The translations under genes and the position numbers were made by a program. Shown here piece by piece: positions 53,140 to 61,088 of a stretch of DNA of 64,000 bases. Below the pieces are notes generated by a model. The model was given only the letters and a program-made list of their open reading frames with translations, had not been told where the DNA came from and did no database searches. The DNA lies in IMG/VR virus record IMGVR_UViG_3300027963_000035, positions 187,266 through 251,265 of that record. One strand, written 5' to 3'. The stretch's first letter is position 1. Every line of letters starts with the position of its first letter.

Positions 53140-55314
53140 TTAGTTCACCTTGGACTTATTATTGATATAGAATACAAGATCATTCATTTCCCTATTCTTA
53201 CGACCAGCCTCATCACGATCATGACCGTGACCATAATATCCATAACCATAATTCATGCCGGTCGAGATACACCTCAGAAGCGGATACTTTGAGTTGATTT
53301 CGTTCTCCAATTTATTCATCTTATCAAGATTGCCATTAATTGTGGCATACTGTGGGTAGAGGCTGATGATACGGTCGGGGATATCCGCACGAGCAGCAGG
53401 CCTACCCGTTTCCTTGATTCCACCCTTGATTTCAAAGTATTCCCTGAGTTTGGGACATTCGACTCTATCAATGAACTTCCTCATAAAATCAAGAGTGTTG
53501 CTTGCTTGACGATAAACAAAGTTCTCAATAACCTTATCATCCACTTCGATATAATCAGGAAAACTCTCAATTACATCTTCGTAAGTATGAACATTGTCCG
53601 CAGAACCAACGATCAAGGCATAATCCTTCTTAGAACACTTGATCACGGTATATTTGCCGTGATTGATGATAAACTTGACATTATCTTCAAAAGTTTCATC
53701 GTGATACATTTCATCGCCCGAGAAAGGAACGACAACGAATTCACTAGATGAACTTTCGATTTCATCGAGAGTAACATCCTTCTTAGTACCAGAAGCCAAT
53801 TTCTTGCTGCTGTAGGCACTACTAAGCATAATCTCCCGATAACTAATCTTGCCAGCCTCTCTCTTTTGCTTGTAACTCACCCTGTTGTGGGGAAGATCAA
53901 GCATATATTTAGCACCAAGATGTTCCGTAAAACGCTTTTGCTGATCGGTGTTATAACCTTCGATGCAATATACCGCAGTAACGCTCTGGTTGTCCGCAAA
54001 ATACTTCTTGATCTTTTCTTTGATAGTATATCTTGGGTTTCGACCATCATCAAGAATAAAACAAGACTTCAAGGCTTGATCAATCTCAATAGGATGGTTT
54101 TCCTCAATCTTCAATACGCTTCGAGTCTTCTGTTGCTTGAGGTGATACTTATTGATACGGCAACCATCAAAACTCGTAGAAACAAGACGACCGCTATTAT
54201 ACTTATAATCAAAACCATCCTTCTTGAAGGCAAACTCAATCTTTGTTGGAAGTGATGCAAAGTTAAAGATACACTTCACACTAAAGTAGAACTTGATATA
54301 TTCTTCAATAGTGGCAAAATCCTTGCCAAGTTCATCATCAACACAAGATACAAGACTCTTGATGGCCTCACCGCAAATATCATTTACCTTCTTCTTGCTA
54401 TCATCCTTGTCGCTAACACTTTCACGAGTAGCACTGATTTCAAGAATTCCGTTATCAACTTCAACAAAACTCATATGAGTTGCATATGAAGAATTCCTGA
54501 GAGCATTTACATTGGCAGAAAGTTCATGAGATGCAAATTTATTGATGCTATATGGGATCTTATCAATAAGGACAAAGATGTCAGCGTGATAAGAATCAAA
54601 AAGACGCTTGATGAAATCATCCTTATGAAGTATAAACCAATTGCCGTTCTTGAATGAAATATTCTTACTAGAATCTAGCCAAGAAGCAGGAATCTCCAGT
54701 TTGGTGATTCCCTTCAATTCCGGCTTTACATCCCAAAAGAAAGTGCAGCGATAAACAGCATAGACAAACTGTTCAATATCGGACTCACGAATTGGAATCT
54801 GGACTTCGACACCATTGGGTTCATTGGTGTCATCCTCACTAATGAGTTCAAGAGTACCATTGCTATTCTTGCCGGTATGGGCAATATATGAACGAAGCTT
54901 ACCATTGTAGTAACTAAGAATGGTAAAACTATCGGTGTATGCCCATGCACTTTTGGCTCCGATGCCGAAACCACCAGTCTGGACATTATCGGCACGTTTT
55001 GTGCTGCTTCCATAATTGACGAAAACATCCTTGACACGTTCCGGACTAAGACCAGTACCATAATCCCTGATCTTAAGAACGCTATCCAACTTGGTGGGAA
55101 GCGTAACAGAAACCGGAGTATCACTATTGCCTGAATCACGGTGGCTATCCCGTGCATTGCAAAGATATTCCTGAGTCAGAGTCCGAATAGGATTTGCATA
55201 AAGCCTATTTCGGAGGATATCAATGATAGTGCTAACATCGCCAATTCCAAATTCAATGGATTCGGCATTAAAGTTGTTAGTCTTGAGATTGGAACCGTTC
55301 GTATTGATCTTCAT
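53140..55314 (-). CDS. rIIA: rIIA-like protein with GHKL (Hsp90-like) ATPase domain
   Basis: LYANPIRTLTQEYLCNARDSH, IRDYGTGLS, STK, GGFGIGAKS, NGVEVQIP. Confidence 0.85.
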   Translation of the reverse strand: MKINTNGSNLKTNNFNAESIEFGIGDVSTIIDILRNRLYANPIRTLTQEYLCNARDSHRDSGNSDTPVSVTLPTKLDSVLKIRDYGTGLSPERVKDVFVNYGSSTKRADNVQTGGFGIGAKSAWAYTDSFTILSYYNGKLRSYIAHTGKNSNGTLELISEDDTNEPNGVEVQIPIRESDIEQFVYAVYRCTFFWDVKPELKGITKLEIPASWLDSSKNISFKNGNWFILHKDDFIKRLFDSYHADIFVLIDKIPYSINKFASHELSANVNALRNSSYATHMSFVEVDNGILEISATRESVSDKDDSKKKVNDICGEAIKSLVSCVDDELGKDFATIEEYIKFYFSVKCIFNFASLPTKIEFAFKKDGFDYKYNSGRLVSTSFDGCRINKYHLKQQKTRSVLKIEENHPIEIDQALKSCFILDDGRNPRYTIKEKIKKYFADNQSVTAVYCIEGYNTDQQKRFTEHLGAKYMLDLPHNRVSYKQKREAGKISYREIMLSSAYSSKKLASGTKKDVTLDEIESSSSEFVVVPFSGDEMYHDETFEDNVKFIINHGKYTVIKCSKKDYALIVGSADNVHTYEDVIESFPDYIEVDDKVIENFVYRQASNTLDFMRKFIDRVECPKLREYFEIKGGIKETGRPAARADIPDRIISLYPQYATINGNLDKMNKLENEINSKYPLLRCISTGMNYGYGYYGHGHDRDEAGRKNREMNDLVFYINNKSKVN

Positions 55315-55393
55315 GTTATGGATCTCCTTGTAAAAATTTTATTTGTCCGTCGCTGACAACATTCTACCGTACCAAAAAGAAACCTCCCTCAAA

Positions 55394-56407
55394 TCAATCT
55401 AGGAGGGCAATAGCTTTATCATTCTCACCAGACATAAAGAACTCAAAGAAATTTTCAATATCATTTGGCTCGAGAACACAGATTTTCATGATGAACTCAG
55501 GAAGAGAAATCTTTTCATTTTCTCTATACTGCTTGATCAGGCAAAGAATTTTACGCCAAACTTCTGAACCAATTTGGATATATCTTGGTTCATCGCTTCT
55601 TTTATCAGCAAAACTATAAACAATTTTGAGTTCTTCTTCTGAAATATCTCTGCTACCATGAAGTGCAATACATTCAATTGCACCCTTCACTAATTCTTGG
55701 CAAAGAACTGCAAATGTTCTAGCGGCCGCAACAACAGAAGGTTCATCTGAATCTTCTTCGTATTCCACCTTAGAACTACCCTGAACCAGCATGGAAGGAT
55801 CCATCTTATCAACTATAGCTGAATAGTCAATCTTCCAATAAGAAAAAACTGTACCCACACTGATTTCATCATACAATTTAATCAATTCAGGGGATACTTC
55901 ATCCAATTCATTTTTCACAAGATGGTGCATTGTATAAAAAGCATGAATGCTGGCACCTTGGATAATTGAATTGATCAAGATCCTTTTATTGATCAGATCT
56001 TTGATATTTTGATCAAGAGAATCATAATCTACATTTTCAGGGAAGCTTTCTTCGGTATTATTTACTTCAATATTTTCATCATCATTGAGACTCGCATCAA
56101 GCAAATCTTCTGGAATTTCAAATGCTTCACAAACTGCCTTGATTGCAAGATCCCTAAGAACTTCTTCTTTGCCCTTTTCAACTTCAAGGGCTTTAAGGAA
56201 ACTCATCGTCAAATTATTATGGTCAAACTTGATCCCAAGATTGTTCATTCTATCTTGAACAAACTCGTAACTACTCTTACTGAGATCGTGACCGAAATAT
56301 ACTAGATTCCTATTTTTCTTGAATACATGAAATTCAGAATCATTCTTCCTGAGATTAGTCCAAAAATTTCTAATACCAGGATTCACATGCAAAGAATTAT
56401 TATACAT
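55394..56407 (-). CDS. Hypothetical phage protein
   Basis: 337-aa ORF (KRILINSIIQGAS...QELVKG). Confidence 0.6.
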   Translation of the reverse strand: MYNNSLHVNPGIRNFWTNLRKNDSEFHVFKKNRNLVYFGHDLSKSSYEFVQDRMNNLGIKFDHNNLTMSFLKALEVEKGKEEVLRDLAIKAVCEAFEIPEDLLDASLNDDENIEVNNTEESFPENVDYDSLDQNIKDLINKRILINSIIQGASIHAFYTMHHLVKNELDEVSPELIKLYDEISVGTVFSYWKIDYSAIVDKMDPSMLVQGSSKVEYEEDSDEPSVVAAARTFAVLCQELVKGAIECIALHGSRDISEEELKIVYSFADKRSDEPRYIQIGSEVWRKILCLIKQYRENEKISLPEFIMKICVLEPNDIENFFEFFMSGENDKAIALLD

Positions 56408-56646
56408 ATTAGTTTTTTGGTTCGGGCATCACAGTTGGTTTCGGACTCTTAAAAGGATCGCTGCTGGGTGTCTTATCGGGGCTTCTAACTGGCGTTTTTA
56501 CAGGGGCAGTAGTTGTAGACATTTTTTCCTCTTTGTCGGGACAGGGGACAACCGTACCAAAAAGAAACACGGCAGGGACTTTGAGCAACAAATAAACCTT
56601 TGAGCATACCAAAAATAATGGTGATCTGTCAATGCTAAAAAAAATA

Positions 56647-56686
56647 ATCCCCCATTGGTCGCAATTAAGATGACCAATGGGGGATT
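56647..56686. terminator. Hairpin terminator
   Basis: ATCCCCCATTGGTC...GACCAATGGGGGAT with an A-run on the left (T-run on minus). Confidence 0.7.
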
Positions 56687-56708
56687 GGATTTCAGTTATT
56701 TTACAAAC

Positions 56709-56978
56709 TTACTTCTTGCTGCGAATCAGCTTCAGAATTTCGTTTGCTTTTTCAACAACATTTGGGCGACCACTGCCACTGAACTTACGAAGGTCAACAC
56801 CTTTCTGGCGTAACTTACTAGCTCTTTGGCTCACGGCACTAGGCTTGAGGCCAAGATGGTCTGCCACTTCACCAATAGAGCCAAAAGCAGGATTCTCATA
56901 CGCTCTGAGGAAATTCTCAATGGTGACGTATGTTCTCTTATCGCCGGCTGTTTTCTTGGACATGGTGAAATCCTCCAT
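56709..56978 (-). CDS. Small HTH DNA-binding protein
   Basis: SIGEVADHLGLKPSAVSQRASKLRQKGV; paralogous to 59841-60119. Confidence 0.7.
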   Translation of the reverse strand: MEDFTMSKKTAGDKRTYVTIENFLRAYENPAFGSIGEVADHLGLKPSAVSQRASKLRQKGVDLRKFSGSGRPNVVEKANEILKLIRSKK

Positions 56979-57126
56979 TTGTCTCTAGTTCTTTCGCATA
57001 CCACACAGATATGCTCTTCAGATCAACGATACACAACAAAAAACAAAAGACAAGGGGCTATCTAGAAAAAAATTTTCTTCTGTGGATTCTTGAGATTTTT
57101 CTGTTGTGTGTGGCGGACACTTATAT

Positions 57127-57879
57127 TTAGACAACAAAAGAATTGTTATTAAGATCGATTTCGTTTCTAACCTTTTTGAATTTCAAACCAATTATTACGT
57201 TTTTTGGATCATGATAACGCATATCATATTCATCCCCGCTAATAACCTCATGATCAATAAACTTTTCAGGCAACTTATCTTTAAAAACCACAGCCACTCT
57301 AGTATTATCAATATTGATTGCCTTTTGACATTCTTCAATATTATTTCCACTATATGAAAAAGTTAGATCATAATTATGATATTTCTTAGTTAAAGCAATT
57401 CTTCGATAGATCTTGCTGTACTCATAAAATTGGCAGTCACTAAATATCTCGAGAATATTCTTATCTCCAAGCGTAAAGATTTCAGGAGATAAATCACTTG
57501 TGTTATTTAATCTTATACTAAAATTATATCCAAGTTTCTTAGCCTTACTTCTTGTTGATTCAATTTCATCAATCATCCAACTCATGAAATAATCACGCTC
57601 TTGAAAAAAGAGCCTTGTCTTTGCAATTCTAGACTTATTGATATTATTCTGCTTATGATCTATGCGATTAAGTCCAGATTCATGCAAGCAAGCAATTGTG
57701 CATTCTTTTGTTCTTCCTGCACAAACTTCAAATCCAGATGTATTTGCAGGAGATAAATACAAAGAATATGTAAGTTCGTTATATTTAAATGCCTTAGAAT
57801 GCTTGGCAGTCATATTGACGCTGCCCAAGTAACTAATGCCAGTTTCTTTGATTGCTTTGCTTTTGTTTTTGTATATCAC
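57127..57879 (-). CDS. Phage GP88-like protein
   Basis: LYLSPA...VCAGRTKECTIACL...IRLNNTSD...FYEYSK...YDLTFSYS...GDEYDMRYHDP...IGLKFK. Confidence 0.75.
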   Translation of the reverse strand: MIYKNKSKAIKETGISYLGSVNMTAKHSKAFKYNELTYSLYLSPANTSGFEVCAGRTKECTIACLHESGLNRIDHKQNNINKSRIAKTRLFFQERDYFMSWMIDEIESTRSKAKKLGYNFSIRLNNTSDLSPEIFTLGDKNILEIFSDCQFYEYSKIYRRIALTKKYHNYDLTFSYSGNNIEECQKAINIDNTRVAVVFKDKLPEKFIDHEVISGDEYDMRYHDPKNVIIGLKFKKVRNEIDLNNNSFVV

Positions 57880-58156
57880 AATTATTGGTTCCGTCCGTGG
57901 AGAGGTCGAGTCTTCAACGTACCAAAAAGAAACTTTTGTTTTTACTATCTTATTTTTAGGAAGATTTTTAACAAAAAGGAATTATATGCCAGCTATTTTG
58001 CCACAGGATATGAGCGAACTAAAAAGAATCGCAACAAACACATATGAAGAAGAGAAAAGGGATCAGATTCTCCGAATTATAAGAGGAATCAACGAACTTG
58101 AAAGCCAAATCAGAAAACTGCAGATAGAGAATGAAAGCCTCAAGAAGAAAGACTGA

Positions 58157-59242
58157 TCATTCTTCTTCTGCTTTAAACTTTAATTGTGTTTGCTGGCACT
58201 CTTCTTTTGAGATGTCATTCCTAACACCCAAATAAATAGGTTGATATAGAGAACCAGATTGCTTTCTGGCGTAGAGGTATTTTACCTCTACGATTTCACC
58301 CACATTCGGTACATCGAAATTAACAGGAATGGTTACATTTCCGGCCTTCACAAGTTTCTTTCCCTTGTAAAGACCAATAGCAGCACTACGCTTTTTATTA
58401 ATTTCGGTAACCACACAACTACACGTACTATAAAACTTGTACTTCAAATAGTTTCCGCCACTTGCAGGGCGACCAATATTATAGTGAGCATCAATATGCT
58501 TGAAGACAACTCCTTCTTTGTTTTCTTTAAGCAAACTGTCATAAACCTCACGCTTGTCTTTCTTTTCAAGATAAAGAGGAGTATGAATAATATTCTCAGA
58601 TTCAATGTACTTAAACAAAGTTTTGAGATATTTCATCCTCTCAATTAAACTTTTCTTCCTAAGACATTCACTGCGATATTCGAGAATATCAAAAACGTGC
58701 AAAGTCTCACCAATCAGTTCACCATCAACTAAGAAATTATCATCAAACTTAGTGACAACATTCCAAATCACAGTAGGAATGCTGATCCTTTTGCCCTTAC
58801 GATTAATTCCGTGGGGAGACTGATCCTTTTCCTTACCCAACATAAACCGGACACCATCAAGTTTATGTTGGAGAGCCCAATTATCATCATTAATAAGCTT
58901 TTCAGCTTCATCTTGACTAATTGGATTTAAGAGAACGCACTGTATCTCATTGGGAGTATCAGGCAGATCATCACTCACAACAGGAATTTCAGAGGGATTG
59001 GCATTTTCAACAAACCTATATCCCTTGCTCGTTTTTTCCTTTACAAGATTATTAAAAATAGTCTTGGCATCTTCAAGAGTAGTTGGACTTTGGGTTTTAC
59101 TGCCTGTTTTCAAGGCACTTCCCCTGCGTCCATAACTAAAATTCACAACATATCCACTGCTGATATCTTCAATGGTGGTGTGATAAACTTTGTCGCTGGC
59201 GCCTTCTTTATAATACAGATTGGCAGATTCGATCACAGACAT
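58157..59242 (-). CDS. WGR domain + ATP-dependent DNA ligase
   Basis: SDKVY...YGRRG...KEKTSKGY (WGR); QHKLDG, DGEL, FDIL, EGVVFK, KYKF; OB tail YQPIYLGVRND. Confidence 0.85.
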   Translation of the reverse strand: MSVIESANLYYKEGASDKVYHTTIEDISSGYVVNFSYGRRGSALKTGSKTQSPTTLEDAKTIFNNLVKEKTSKGYRFVENANPSEIPVVSDDLPDTPNEIQCVLLNPISQDEAEKLINDDNWALQHKLDGVRFMLGKEKDQSPHGINRKGKRISIPTVIWNVVTKFDDNFLVDGELIGETLHVFDILEYRSECLRKKSLIERMKYLKTLFKYIESENIIHTPLYLEKKDKREVYDSLLKENKEGVVFKHIDAHYNIGRPASGGNYLKYKFYSTCSCVVTEINKKRSAAIGLYKGKKLVKAGNVTIPVNFDVPNVGEIVEVKYLYARKQSGSLYQPIYLGVRNDISKEECQQTQLKFKAEEE

Positions 59243-59736
59243 TATGATTCCTTTATTATTCAATTCCATTCGTGAGAACATTTAAGAAATAAATTAGAAA
59301 AATTACCTTCACTACCATATGTTTTACCAAATTCAACCCATTCTTTAAGAATAGCAGTATCTTCGGAAAATCTTTCTATTTCCGAATAATAGCCTGTTTC
59401 ATATGGAAGAAACTTGCTGCAGTGAGTCATTGTTATTGCTTCTATCTTTTTAACAAAAGATCCATCTTTTTCATAAAGACTCATCCAAGATTCAGCAACA
59501 AAAAGATACTCAACAAGTTGTTTTTCAATTATCTGATATCTGATAAAGTCGGCAAATTTTTCTTTATCATCAGGCGAATTAAAATCTGCTGAATATACAT
59601 TGATTTCAGAATCTGTATATTCAGCGATAAGAGCCGGGGATAAATACCCGTCTTTTGCGAAATTAATTCCTGCGCAATTTTGAAATACTTTTATTTTATC
59701 ACTAAGCATAAAATCTCGATTTGATTTATTAAAAGA

Positions 59737-59770
59737 TAAGACCCGCCCTAAATTGATTAGGGCGGGTCTT
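59737..59770. terminator. Hairpin terminator
   Basis: AAGACCCGCCCTAA...TTAGGGCGGGTCTT. Confidence 0.75.
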
Positions 59771-59771
59771 A

Positions 59772-59833
59772 AGCAGATAACAGGAATTGAACCTGTTCCA
59801 CAACCACCTTGTTGCAGGCTCCCCACCTCTGCT
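59772..59833 (-). ncRNA. Minimal tRNA-like RNA (acceptor-like stem + hairpin + T-arm)
   Basis: AGCAGA/TCTGCT, CTGCAAC/GTTGTGG, ACAGG-TTCAATT-CCTGT; lies between a stop codon and a terminator. Confidence 0.5.
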
Positions 59834-59840
59834 GTAACGA

Positions 59841-60119
59841 TCAACCAGCCGCAGCGGCCAGAATAGCATTACAGGCGGCAACGTCAATACGGCGACCGAC
59901 AGTACCAGCCTTGGTGAACTTCGGAACCTTGACACCACGATCACGGAGAGCCTTGCAACGCAGGCTGACAGCACCAGCGGTCAGACCGAGTTTATCGGCA
60001 ACTTCCGACTGCGTACCACCAGCAGCAGCCACCTTGGCAACCGTAGTGAGGAACGTTTCCATATCAACACTCTTCTTACCAGCACGACGACCACGAACAT
60101 ACTTCTTAGGACGAGCCAT
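59841..60119 (-). CDS. Basic HTH DNA-binding protein
   Basis: TQSEVADKLGLTAGAVSLRCKALRDRGV; strong GAGGT SD; promoter motif at 60185. Confidence 0.75.
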   Translation of the reverse strand: MARPKKYVRGRRAGKKSVDMETFLTTVAKVAAAGGTQSEVADKLGLTAGAVSLRCKALRDRGVKVPKFTKAGTVGRRIDVAACNAILAAAAG

Positions 60120-60359
60120 AATTACACCTCTTTTAAAAACTATTCTTTGTGCCAGCCTCACATGAGGACTGTCGCACGACCAACAACCGTACCAAAAAGA
60201 AACTTAAAGGATTAAAAAGGTTCCGTTTCAGCGGGAAACCCAATAAGACTCTAACCTCTCTTGACACGATCAATCGTCACAACAGTCAACTGTACCCAAA
60301 AGAAACAAAAAGTCCAGAAACTTTTTCAAAAAAAAACAAATGACAACACAGAATATATT

Positions 60360-61025
60360 TCAAAACTTAGAAAATGCCTCATTAACCAAAATATCTAACC
60401 TATTTTTTACACTAAAAATATCATATCTTGCTATAACTTTGTTTTTTATTATGCAATCTTCTGTTTTTATAACTTTATCTAATTTTTGATATAGTAAATG
60501 AATCCAATCATCGCAATACCAATTCTTGATTTCATTAGGATAAAAATAACCTAACCTGTTGACATGTTCCATGCTAACAAAAGGGTTGGTGCAAATACCA
60601 TAGACGCTAGAGCAGTCTTGGGCATGACCTAATCCTATCTGTTTATTGGCGTTAATGTATTCAATAAAAGAATCTATGAAATCTAATCTGGATAGATTGA
60701 GATCATCTCCATTCACAAAAAGATAATCAGCATTGTAGAAATTCTTAGCTATAATTGATAATTTATTGACTATTTCAACATAACTTTTTTTAGGATTATC
60801 TATAAAAAAATAATCAAAGTTATTTGGAAGCAACTTCTTCAGTTCTTCTAAATTATTTTTGTAAAAGATATCATCACCATCAAATCCAATTAAAAAATTA
60901 TACTTTTCAATATCAAATTTTTTAATGGATTTATAGTACTCGGAATATAAAGTAGAAGATTCTACGCTTTTATAATCGCACTTATTTGAAGTTGATGGTA
61001 TTAAAAAACAAACTTTGTTTTGCAT
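60360..61025 (-). CDS. Glycosyltransferase (GT-A-like)
   Basis: FLIPST, IGFDGDD, LFVNGDD, YFYPNEIKNWYCDDWI. Confidence 0.7.
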   Translation of the reverse strand: MQNKVCFLIPSTSNKCDYKSVESSTLYSEYYKSIKKFDIEKYNFLIGFDGDDIFYKNNLEELKKLLPNNFDYFFIDNPKKSYVEIVNKLSIIAKNFYNADYLFVNGDDLNLSRLDFIDSFIEYINANKQIGLGHAQDCSSVYGICTNPFVSMEHVNRLGYFYPNEIKNWYCDDWIHLLYQKLDKVIKTEDCIIKNKVIARYDIFSVKNRLDILVNEAFSKF

Positions 61026-61088
61026 CTAACTAATATAGTTTACTACAAAAAATACCATTTTTACCTTTTGTGATAAATGTATTTTACT

